A stretch of DNA of 5,582 bases from a virus (lineage: Duplodnaviria; Heunggongvirae; Uroviricota; Caudoviricetes), in IMG/VR virus record IMGVR_UViG_2695420430_000001; one strand, written 5' to 3'. Positions 1 through 5,582 of this stretch are shown here, one piece after another. Numbering within the stretch: the stretch's first letter is position 1; each line of letters opens with the position of its first letter. The translations under genes and the position numbers were made by a program. The notes under the pieces were generated by a model. It had not been told where the DNA came from. It did no database searches and saw nothing but the letters and a program-made list of their open reading frames with translations.

Positions 1-45
1 CGCCCGCTGACGGACTTCGGGGGAAAAACGAGTATTTTTAGTCAT
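1..45 (-). CDS. IS3-family transposase OrfA, N-terminal 15 codons only (partial, continues off-window)
   Basis: ATG at 45..43 on the minus strand, preceded by AGAGG (SD-like); the reading frame is open to position 1. Identity is by recollection of IS629 OrfA. Confidence 0.55.
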   Translation of the reverse strand, partial: MTKNTRFSPEVRQRA

Positions 46-99
46 CCTGTTTACCTCTTTCTCAGGGAGTTTAGTCTCCAGGATTTCCGGGGCGGTTCA
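1..99 (-). mobile_element. Terminus of an IS3-family insertion sequence (IS629/IS1203-like), including the terminal inverted repeat and the start of orfA; the element continues beyond the window start
   Basis: Seen in sequence: the minus strand from 99 downward reads TGAACCGCCCCGGAAATCCTGGAGACTAAACTCCCTGAGAAAGAGGTAAACAGG then ATG ACT AAA AAT ACT CGT TTT TCC CCC GAA GTC CGT CAG CGG GCG (MTKNTRFSPEVRQRA). From memory this matches the left end and OrfA N-terminus of IS629-type elements; the TG start is typical of IS3-family ends. Not verified against ISfinder. Confidence 0.6.
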
Positions 100-230
100 G
101 TACTGTAAAAGCGGTGCCAGTCGGCATACTCCGTGGATGACATCCCGGCAAGCATGGCACGCCAGTCGGGTCGCCCCATCTCACGCGCCAGTTTCAGGGC
201 AAAACTCAGCTCACCGTCGAACACTTTCCC
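100..230 (-). pseudogene. T: 5' portion of the T frame of the G-T tail assembly chaperone fusion, reached by -1 frameshift and truncated by the IS insertion
   Basis: After a -1 slip at GGGAAAG (224-230) the -1 frame reads GKVFDGELSFALKLAREMGRPDWRAMLAGMSSTEYADWHRFYST. It then runs straight into IS sequence at the 99/100 boundary and stops at a TAA at 53..51 inside the IS. The expected lambda T frame is about 140 codons; here only 44 phage-derived codons remain in the window. Confidence 0.6.
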
Positions 231-628
231 GCAGAAACAGGCTCTGCAGGCCCGGCGTCCTCTGTCTGTTCAGGGGCATTATTCACCACAAACTCATACA
301 TACCGGACAGCCGGTACACCACGTTTTCAGCATGAGAAATTGCCTCCGTGGGCCAGGTGGTAAGCACTTCCTGCTCAATTTGTTTAACGGCTTCATTCAT
401 GGACGGCATCTGCGTCTTCTGCGGATGGTTATGCCACAGGGACATCGCCACCAGAAACGCGCCGGTTCTGATGGCGTCTTCCACAGTAAACTTCCGATTG
501 CTGTCTGACTCCGCCTGTTCTGCCTGCCGTTTCATCAGGGCGAGATGCTCAATACGCTGCAGGGCTGACAGTTCAGAAAGCGTGACGGTCACACCGTTAT
601 GTTCAAATGATTCGGTTTTCAGGAACAT
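206..628 (-). CDS. G: Tail assembly chaperone gpG
   Basis: 140-aa ORF with ATG at 628..626 and a GGAGAG SD 8 nt upstream; TGA at 208..206. Position immediately after V and the internal slippery site match lambda G; the sequence resembles lambda gpG by recollection. Confidence 0.85.
   Translation of the reverse strand: MFLKTESFEHNGVTVTLSELSALQRIEHLALMKRQAEQAESDSNRKFTVEDAIRTGAFLVAMSLWHNHPQKTQMPSMNEAVKQIEQEVLTTWPTEAISHAENVVYRLSGMYEFVVNNAPEQTEDAGPAEPVSAGKCSTVS
224..230 (-). promoter_or_regulatory. Programmed -1 ribosomal frameshift slippery heptamer G GGA AAG (G to G-T)
   Basis: Minus strand reads GCG GGA AAG TGT TCG ACG GTG AGC TGA; the heptamer sits 6 codons before the G stop, and the -1 frame stays open beyond it. 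The G-T frameshift is established for lambda and for tail assembly chaperones generally. Confidence 0.7.
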
Positions 629-643
629 CTCTGACTCTCCGGA

Positions 644-1384
644 TTAACTGGCGGTGACGGTGATTTCTGCAACCGCAGCAAACTCACCATTACCGGATAC
701 GACCGGAATGTTGACCTTACCTGCAGCAACGCCATTCACGGTGATGGTCATACCACTGACCGACACGGTGGCTTTTGTTTTATCCGCTGACACCGCACGG
801 AAGCTCTTGTCGGTTGCGCCTTCCGGCTGGAAGGCCACGGTCAGCGTGGTGCTCTTCCCTTTCACTACGGAAGCGCTGGCTGGCGTCACGGTCATGCCGG
901 TTGCCGCTGTTACCGTGCTGCGATCTTCTGCCATCGACGGACGTCCCACATTGGTGACTTTCACCGTGCGGGTGATCACTTCCTTCGCCGTCACCGCCTT
1001 ACCGATACTGCTGACCCAGCCACGGAACACATCGACCGTGCCGTTCGGGAAGCGGATTTTATAGGCACGGGTATCGCCTTCATTAAACCACGCCAGCAGC
1101 GCCTGCTGCCCCTGCTCTCCGGGCATCCACGCCAGCGTGAAGCTGGTATCTCCGGCAGATTTCTGCCCCTGCCCGGTCGCGGTCCAGTCTGCATCTTCAT
1201 CATCGAGATAGCTGTCGTCATAGGACTCAGCGGTCATCTCGCCCGGCGTCAGATCCTTCACCTTAGCCAGTCGCTGCCAGTCATCGTCTGACAACGGGTT
1301 TGCATAAGCATCACCCTTGCCGTTGTAAACCCACAGAGTGGTACCGGCACCTTTTACCGGCTCAAGGGGATTTGGTGTTGCCAT
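644..1384 (-). CDS. V: Major tail tube protein gpV with C-terminal Ig-like (Big_2-type) domain
   Basis: 246-aa ORF with ATG at 1384..1382 and a GAGGA SD; the translation (..[24 protein letters not shown]..; C-terminal ..[29 protein letters not shown]) matches lambda gpV in length and motifs by recollection. Synteny is U-V-G. Confidence 0.92.
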   Translation of the reverse strand: MATPNPLEPVKGAGTTLWVYNGKGDAYANPLSDDDWQRLAKVKDLTPGEMTAESYDDSYLDDEDADWTATGQGQKSAGDTSFTLAWMPGEQGQQALLAWFNEGDTRAYKIRFPNGTVDVFRGWVSSIGKAVTAKEVITRTVKVTNVGRPSMAEDRSTVTAATGMTVTPASASVVKGKSTTLTVAFQPEGATDKSFRAVSADKTKATVSVSGMTITVNGVAAGKVNIPVVSGNGEFAAVAEITVTAS

Positions 1385-1391
1385 ATCGTCC

Positions 1392-1787
1392 TCACATCTC
1401 GTATGTAATGGAATAAGTCAGATCTGCAGAACTCCATAACGCCATATCGTCATCACGACGATACTCATAGCCCTGCGTAACCATCGTGGTAATCAGTCCT
1501 GCCAGTGCCGGGATCGCGGTCATCGCCGGGTAAATCCGGCTTTCCATCCACTGATCGAGCTCTGAATCCGGTACCTGTGCCGGTAAAAACACCTCAATAT
1601 GCAGTGTGGCCCGCCAGGTATCTGCATCCAGCTCTTCACCGGTATACTCTGCATCCGTCAGATAAACCGCGATCGCAGGAAAATCCTCTTCGTCAAAAAC
1701 AACGGGGCGACCATCAAACAGCGTCGCCCCGTGTTCATGCTGCTCGAGTGCATCCAGCACTGCGGCACGAATGTCAGTGTGTTTCAT
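1392..1787 (-). CDS. U: Tail tube terminator protein gpU
   Basis: 131-aa ORF ([41 protein letters not shown]), the same length and motifs as lambda gpU by recollection. Its ATG (1787..1785) overlaps the Z stop (1786..1784) as ATGA, indicating translational coupling. Confidence 0.9.
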   Translation of the reverse strand: MKHTDIRAAVLDALEQHEHGATLFDGRPVVFDEEDFPAIAVYLTDAEYTGEELDADTWRATLHIEVFLPAQVPDSELDQWMESRIYPAMTAIPALAGLITTMVTQGYEYRRDDDMALWSSADLTYSITYEM

Positions 1788-2359
1788 CGTTTTATCGCAA
1801 TCCTCAGTTGTTGTTTCAGCGCGTATGCCAGTTCTTTAGGCAGGCGTTCACGCCGGATACGGTCAACATTCTCATCAAATGCCTGTTTCAGTGGGGCCGC
1901 CATCGGGATTTTCACCACCTGAATGGGAAGGCGATTACGCTTTTTCCTTCCCTTGTCGTCATTGCCCTCCTTATATCTGGCCTGGGGAAGACGTTGCATA
2001 ACATGCCAGCGCCCATTATTTAATCGCTGGATAAATGCCCGCTGATAACGATGCTGACCGGCTTTGAGTATGCTGTTCGGACGACGCCCCAGCATTCTGA
2101 TCCCCAGCTTAATCACAGGGAGATCACCGCGGTTAACGATAATTCTGGCATTCGGATTTCTGACCGTCGCCCGTTTCAGTCTGGACCGTTCCTTTACCAG
2201 TTTCCGTCTCACCCTGGTTTCCCGGGCAACCTGTGACGAAGACTGATTAATCGCCGTTGTGGCCACGCGGTTAATGGTCATTGCAGAAGCAGCCGGAATG
2301 GCGTTTTTACGAACCCGGCTCAGATTGTCAATCGCCTGATCAAGCCCTTTTATCGCCAT
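1784..2359 (-). CDS. Z: Tail completion protein gpZ
   Basis: 191-aa ORF ([38 protein letters not shown]) resembling lambda gpZ by recollection; ATG at 2359..2357; located between FII and U as in lambda. Confidence 0.9.
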   Translation of the reverse strand: MAIKGLDQAIDNLSRVRKNAIPAASAMTINRVATTAINQSSSQVARETRVRRKLVKERSRLKRATVRNPNARIIVNRGDLPVIKLGIRMLGRRPNSILKAGQHRYQRAFIQRLNNGRWHVMQRLPQARYKEGNDDKGRKKRNRLPIQVVKIPMAAPLKQAFDENVDRIRRERLPKELAYALKQQLRIAIKR

Positions 2360-2373
2360 AATTCACCCTGCGT

Positions 2374-2727
2374 TTATCGTCGCCGGTTAACTGCGGGTGG
2401 TTGCCCACGGTTGAGCCAGAGATAACAGCTACCCCCGTCATCCGGAGAAACACGATCCACCCAGAATGTCTCACCATTAATGGTCAGCGTGTCACCACGC
2501 CGCACGGCACGAACCGTATCCGTCCGCACAAATAATGACGGGCTGCTTCCTTCAATACGGACCCCGCTACCGGCAAACCCCAGCGACTCCGGATCGTCAA
2601 AAACCCCCTGAACTTCGCTGCCACACTGTGCCCCCGAGGTGAACTGCGCACAGAGCCCCATCACTTCAACAATCGTTCTGTCCACCCCGGCAAGGGCAGC
2701 ATCAAAGGAATTCTCAAAATCACGCAT
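2374..2727 (-). CDS. FII: Head-tail joining (head completion) protein gpFII
   Basis: 117-aa ORF (..GVFDDPESLGFAGSGVRIEGSSPSLFVRTD..WVDRVSPDDGGSCYLWLNRGQPPAVNRRR) with the same length and conserved C-terminus as lambda gpFII by recollection. Its start ATG (2727..2725) lies 8 nt inside the 3' end of FI. Confidence 0.9.
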   Translation of the reverse strand: MRDFENSFDAALAGVDRTIVEVMGLCAQFTSGAQCGSEVQGVFDDPESLGFAGSGVRIEGSSPSLFVRTDTVRAVRRGDTLTINGETFWVDRVSPDDGGSCYLWLNRGQPPAVNRRR

Positions 2728-3088
2728 AAACGGCCATTCCGCTCCTGACCATGTCTTTTGCCACTGAGGGGGGCATCAGAATTACTCTGCCAGCATCAAC
2801 ATGCTCAACAGGCTCACCTGTTTCATCGTCAACACCGCACAGGTAAAAACACTTCAGAAGCCTGATACGTTCCAGAATACCAACGTCATCCTCACCGGTG
2901 TGCCTGCATGCCTGCTCATGAACGGTATCATCAACATCTGCGATTTCATTTTCCGAGGCGCAAACCTCCTCTTCCCACTCTGCCACACGCTGTGCGATAT
3001 CCGCAGCACTCCCCGACATATCCGCCTCGCGCCCCAGCAGACCAGCCAGTTCACGAAGACGTTTCTGATTTTCTTCTTTTGTTGCCAT
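2720..3088 (-). CDS. FI: DNA packaging / head assembly protein gpFI-like
   Basis: The track ORF 2720..3136 begins at a GTG inside the upstream hairpin. The first ATG with a good SD (AGGGAG, 6-nt spacer) is at 3088..3086, giving 122 aa starting MATKEENQKRLRELAGLLGREADMSG..; the helical N-terminus, acidic linker and position between E and FII match lambda FI. Sequence similarity to lambda FI is weak and judged from memory. Confidence 0.7.
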   Translation of the reverse strand: MATKEENQKRLRELAGLLGREADMSGSAADIAQRVAEWEEEVCASENEIADVDDTVHEQACRHTGEDDVGILERIRLLKCFYLCGVDDETGEPVEHVDAGRVILMPPSVAKDMVRSGMAVYA

Positions 3089-3103
3089 ATCCAGCTCCCT
3101 GTG

Positions 3104-3132
3104 AAAAAAACACGGGGGCATTTCGCCCCCGC
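3104..3132 (-). terminator. Intrinsic-terminator-like stem-loop plus U7 tract between E and FI
   Basis: Minus strand reads CGGGGGC GAAAT GCCCCCG TG TTTTTTT: a 7-bp G/C stem (3131-3125 pairing with 3119-3113), a 5-nt loop, then seven T residues at 3110-3104. It starts 8 nt after the E stop and ends 15 nt before the FI start. Confidence 0.65.
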
Positions 3133-3139
3133 TCACGGA

Positions 3140-4168
3140 TTATTTCACCTGTACCACCACAAACTCATCCGGATCCGGCAGCACCATCAGCGGCGCGGAC
3201 TGCGTCATGGTGAATTCACAGGACGGATCGCCCACGGTCAGCCAGTGTTTCGGGTAACGGGAAGAAGCCACCACTCCTTCAGACAACGCCTGTGCATCCT
3301 TAATGGCTCCATAGCAACGAATCCCCTCTGCTGCCGTATTCCCCAGCACCAGCGTGCCCTCCGGCAGATAACGTTTTTCGGTACCGTCCTCTGCCACATA
3401 AGACGTTTTCGCTACCACAATGGCCAGATCGCCGTAATACCCCTTGAAGGATACCACTGCGCCCAGATCTTTCACTGCCGTTTCGAGTTGTGAATTTGAG
3501 CCGCGACGGGTATCCATTTTTTCGCGGAAAAGCTTAAAGCCATTCAGCAGACGCCAGACGGTACCGTCCATAATGGCAATATTCACAAGACCACTGGCCT
3601 GATCACAGAAAAGGTCGATATCATATGTCGGGTCGAACGTGTCACGATCCTGTTTTGACCACTCCTTACCGCTACCTTGTATGATGTTATTCTTCGTCGA
3701 TCGGCCAAAATCGACTTCAATTTTCTCGAACTGGTCTCCTTCCATCGTATATTTGCCATACAGCACGGCATTCACCGCCTGCATTTCTTCCACCTGCACA
3801 ATAGCGTGCTCTTCCTGTTTGAGGTTATCAGTGATGATACGCAGACGACGGTAGGCCGGGTCGTTCAGCTGAGCCGGATCTTCACCGGGAAGGCGCTCAA
3901 CCGCCTGCTGGTAATTAAATTCGTGTTTCGGCTTGACGTAGCCCGGACGCAACACGCGGGTTTCACCACCACGATGGCGCAGCACTTTTCCTTCAACGAT
4001 CGGGGAGACATAGGCCGCCACCGGCGTTTTTCCGGTAATTTTGTCCAGCATCACCTCTTCGGTGTGGAAATTCACCGTACGGCGGAAAAACAGCTCCAGA
4101 AATAGCGCACGGAATTTAACTTTTTGTTCGGTATAACCGAGTAACTGGCGGGTCGTAAACAATCCCAT
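3140..4168 (-). CDS. E: Major capsid protein gpE (lambda E family)
   Basis: 342-aa ORF with ATG at 4168..4166 and an AGGA SD; the translation shares long motifs with lambda gpE by recollection (..YVSPIV.G.V...GG....PGYVKPKHE..; ..AIVQVEEMQAVNAVLYGKYTM..; ..TRRGSNSQLETAVKDLG..; ..MTQSAPLMVLPDPDEFVVVQ..) and the same length. Confidence 0.95.
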   Translation of the reverse strand: MGLFTTRQLLGYTEQKVKFRALFLELFFRRTVNFHTEEVMLDKITGKTPVAAYVSPIVEGKVLRHRGGETRVLRPGYVKPKHEFNYQQAVERLPGEDPAQLNDPAYRRLRIITDNLKQEEHAIVQVEEMQAVNAVLYGKYTMEGDQFEKIEVDFGRSTKNNIIQGSGKEWSKQDRDTFDPTYDIDLFCDQASGLVNIAIMDGTVWRLLNGFKLFREKMDTRRGSNSQLETAVKDLGAVVSFKGYYGDLAIVVAKTSYVAEDGTEKRYLPEGTLVLGNTAAEGIRCYGAIKDAQALSEGVVASSRYPKHWLTVGDPSCEFTMTQSAPLMVLPDPDEFVVVQVK

Positions 4169-4196
4169 AAATCAGTTCCTTTCATTCAGAAATCAG

Positions 4197-4218
4197 TCAG
4201 GCCACCATGGTGGCCTGA
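4197..4218. repeat. Perfect 22-bp palindrome TCAGGCCACCATGGTGGCCTGA in the D-E intergenic region
   Basis: Seen in sequence: the 22-mer equals its own reverse complement, centred on CCATGG. It lies 7 nt after the D stop and 28 nt before the E start. No U-tract follows on the transcribed strand. Confidence 0.8.
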
Positions 4219-4225
4219 TAACGTG

Positions 4226-4573
4226 TTACGGCAGAGCCGCGTGACTCAGGGCTGTGCCGGCAAAGGCATTTGCCTTTTTGTGTTCATCCACACTGTCAGG
4301 CCAGCGGATTGCCTCCGTCGCAAAGGTCCCCGACTTGTAATAGGTCAGCACCGTCTCTGTGCCTTCAAGCGGCAGTACCAGTATGCCAACCGCACTACCG
4401 GCTTTCTGTCCATCCCAGACCACCAGTTTCCCGGTGGCTTCATCCAGCATCAGGGGCGTCAGAGCCGGTGTTGCAGAAGAAATCCCGCTGCTGCCTGTGG
4501 CGGTATGAGCCGGATCACTACCAGCAAAAATACGTACTTCCGCACGCTGTTCAGTGATGGTTTTCGTCACCAT
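4226..4573 (-). CDS. D: Head decoration protein gpD family
   Basis: 115-aa ORF with ATG at 4573..4571 and a GAGG SD; shares motifs with lambda gpD by recollection (SDPAHTAT, TPLMLD, KLVxWDG, AVGIL, YKSGTF, AFAGTA). Located between C and E as in lambda. Confidence 0.85.
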   Translation of the reverse strand: MVTKTITEQRAEVRIFAGSDPAHTATGSSGISSATPALTPLMLDEATGKLVVWDGQKAGSAVGILVLPLEGTETVLTYYKSGTFATEAIRWPDSVDEHKKANAFAGTALSHAALP

Positions 4574-4609
4574 TTTGTTAAAACCTCATATTGATGGTCA
4601 GCACTGACT

Positions 4610-5212
4610 TCATGGCATGGCCATGAGCATTTTCACGTCCGCATCACCGTCTGCTGACGTCTGTGACACGCCACCCCGCACCGCTGCCGGTGAATGATTC
4701 GCCATGAAATGTTCAAACAGGGCGGTTGTGGATGCAGAGACCGGTTCGGCCTTACCTGATCCCGCAGCCAGCACAGCCCGGGCGTTCTCCACGGTCATTC
4801 CCGGGCAGGCCGCCAGTTTTTCAGCCTGCGCTTCTGCCCCTTTTGCCTCATCCAGGGCCATGATCTGATCACGAAGTGAGGGCCCGGCATCCGCCAGTGG
4901 TGCAGCCGCCAGGATCGGGCGGGCTTTTTCCACCGTCATCTCCGGCATCGCCGCCAGCGTTGCCGCCAGTTGTTCACGACCGTTCGCTTCTTCACACGCC
5001 ATAATGCGATCGGCTTCACTCTGCGCGGATGCCACCGGCTGCTGCGGTGCCGCCGCGGCCAGAATCGCCCGGGCCTGTTCAATGCTCATGCCCTGTTGTC
5101 CTGCCAGCATCGTGGCAAGCTGTTCACGTCCTTTCGCTTCCTGACACGTCAGGATCCCCATCACTCGCTGGTTCTCCTGCGCGGCAGCTTCCGTTGCAGT
5201 TAATTGCGGCAT
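4610..5212 (-). CDS. Candidate nested in-frame scaffold protein (Nu3-like) initiated inside C
   Basis: In-frame ATG at 5212..5210 (residue M116 of the track ORF) is preceded by AGAGGAGG with a 4-nt spacer, a strong SD for a site inside a coding region. It would yield a 200-aa product coextensive with the repeat-containing C-terminus of C. In lambda, Nu3 is made from an in-frame internal start in C (established knowledge); applying that here is inference. Confidence 0.4.
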   Translation of the reverse strand: MPQLTATEAAAQENQRVMGILTCQEAKGREQLATMLAGQQGMSIEQARAILAAAAPQQPVASAQSEADRIMACEEANGREQLAATLAAMPEMTVEKARPILAAAPLADAGPSLRDQIMALDEAKGAEAQAEKLAACPGMTVENARAVLAAGSGKAEPVSASTTALFEHFMANHSPAAVRGGVSQTSADGDADVKMLMAMP

Positions 5213-5582
5213 AGTGCCTCCTCTGACATTACTGTTCAGCGCCGTGGCCATCACACTGATGGCATCCGACGCATTGATTAATTCATCCGCCAGCCCGGCC
5301 TCAATGCCGGACTGACCTTCAAAAACGGCGGCCTCTGTTCCCGTGACCGCATCCACAGACAACCCGGTATACATCGCCACTTTTTCGGCAAACATCCGGT
5401 GCGCCGCATCAATCCGCTGCTGCATATCCTGGCGAACCTCTGCCGGCAACGCTTCAAACTGATTGCCATCCACCTTGTGCGCCCCGGCATAAATCAGCGT
5501 GATATCCACACCGGCCTGCGCCAGATGACCGGCATAGCTGACATGGCTCATCATCACGCCAATGGAGCCGATACGGGATGTC
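4610..5582 (-). CDS. C: Prohead protease / scaffold gpC-like (S49 SppA-like peptidase C-terminal part plus scaffold region); 5' end lies outside the window
   Basis: The reading frame is open from the window edge (5582) to TGA at 4612..4610, with no stop in the 8 codons upstream of the track start; the track start at 5557 is a GTG and not the true start. The N-terminal part in the window (..GSIGVMMSHVSYAGHLAQAGVDITLIYAGAHKVDGN..EAAVFEGQSGIEAGLADEL..) resembles the lambda C / SppA protease family by recollection. Confidence 0.85.
   Translation of the reverse strand, partial: TSRIGSIGVMMSHVSYAGHLAQAGVDITLIYAGAHKVDGNQFEALPAEVRQDMQQRIDAAHRMFAEKVAMYTGLSVDAVTGTEAAVFEGQSGIEAGLADELINASDAISVMATALNSNVRGGTMPQLTATEAAAQENQRVMGILTCQEAKGREQLATMLAGQQGMSIEQARAILAAAAPQQPVASAQSEADRIMACEEANGREQLAATLAAMPEMTVEKARPILAAAPLADAGPSLRDQIMALDEAKGAEAQAEKLAACPGMTVENARAVLAAGSGKAEPVSASTTALFEHFMANHSPAAVRGGVSQTSADGDADVKMLMAMP
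4742..5167 (-). repeat. Three tandem degenerate copies of a ~42-codon module within the scaffold region of C
   Basis: Protein copies: RVMGILTCQEAKGREQLATMLAGQQGMSIEQARAILAAAAP / RIMACEEANGREQLAATLAAMPEMTVEKARPILAAAPL / QIMALDEAKGAEAQAEKLAACPGMTVENARAVLAAGSG. Copies 1 and 2 are also similar at the DNA level (for example 5113-5150 versus 4958-5000, about 75% identity by eye). Confidence 0.7.

Noticed and set aside
137-508. 123-aa plus-strand ORF (and 133..363, 348..647)
   Set aside because: Antisense to G and the T frame; one starts at GTG; composition typical of non-coding antisense frames.
654-1064. 136-aa plus-strand ORF and 991..1221 minus-strand 76-aa ORF inside V
   Set aside because: Both lie wholly inside the well-supported V gene, on the opposite strand or in an alternative frame; no RBS and no recognisable protein features.
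1505-2023. 172-aa plus-strand ORF (and overlapping 107-aa ORF 1599..1922)
   Set aside because: Antisense to U and Z; shadow ORF with no independent support.
3089-3136. 5' extension of the FI ORF as given in the track (start at 3136, MSGGEMPPCFFHRELD...)
   Set aside because: The track start is a GTG located inside the terminator-like hairpin with no SD; the ATG at 3088 has a strong AGGGAG SD and gives a protein matching the FI N-terminus, so the extension is treated as artefact.
2801-3493. 230-aa plus-strand ORF spanning the FI/E region
   Set aside because: It is antisense to two strongly supported minus-strand genes, has no convincing RBS, and its translation is rich in H/R/C/F as expected for a shadow ORF opposite GC-rich coding sequence.
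3639-4105. Plus-strand ORFs 3639..3854 and 3677..4105, and minus-strand 3583..3771, inside E
   Set aside because: Nested in or antisense to the major capsid gene; shadow ORFs.
4197-4218. Calling the D-E palindrome a transcription terminator
   Set aside because: No U-tract follows the stem on the transcribed strand; retained only as a repeat or possible RNA structure or protein-binding site.
4223-4594. Plus-strand ORFs 4223..4594 and 4270..4557 opposite D
   Set aside because: Antisense to the decoration gene; no support.
4970-5490. Plus-strand ORFs 4970..5203 and 5029..5214, and minus-strand alternative-frame ORF 5278..5490, within C
   Set aside because: Overlap the C reading frame in antisense or alternative frames; one uses a TTG start; the repeat-rich, Ala-rich C sequence readily produces open shadow frames.
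1-5582. Search for a novel defence, anti-defence or moron cassette, CRISPR array, tRNA or other RNA gene
   Set aside because: Every coding interval is accounted for by a recognisable lambdoid virion gene and intergenic spacers are 57 nt or shorter; no direct-repeat arrays or tRNA-like structures were seen. The only non-phage DNA is the IS terminus at 1-99.

Overview
The window is a contiguous piece of a lambdoid (phage lambda-like) late structural operon, entirely on the minus strand. Reading in the direction of transcription (high to low coordinates) the gene order is C (prohead protease/scaffold, 5' end off-window) - D (decoration) - E (major capsid) - FI - FII - Z - U - V (major tail tube) - G, followed by the -1 frameshift site into the T frame. 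The T frame is interrupted after 44 codons by the terminus of an IS3-family (IS629/IS1203-like) insertion sequence that occupies positions 1-99 and runs off the window. Genes are tightly packed with Shine-Dalgarno sequences, and two pairs overlap (Z/U by 4 nt, FI/FII by 8 nt). I find no unassigned coding space and no evidence of a novel defence or accessory system; this is an ordinary, well-understood virion module. The observations worth a second look are the IS disruption of the G-T chaperone gene, an intrinsic-terminator-like hairpin between E and FI, a perfect 22-bp palindrome between D and E, a triplicated ~42-codon module in the scaffold part of C, and a strong internal ribosome-binding site in C that could give a nested Nu3-like scaffold protein. 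All homology calls rest on the supplied translations and my recollection of lambda proteins; no database search was run.
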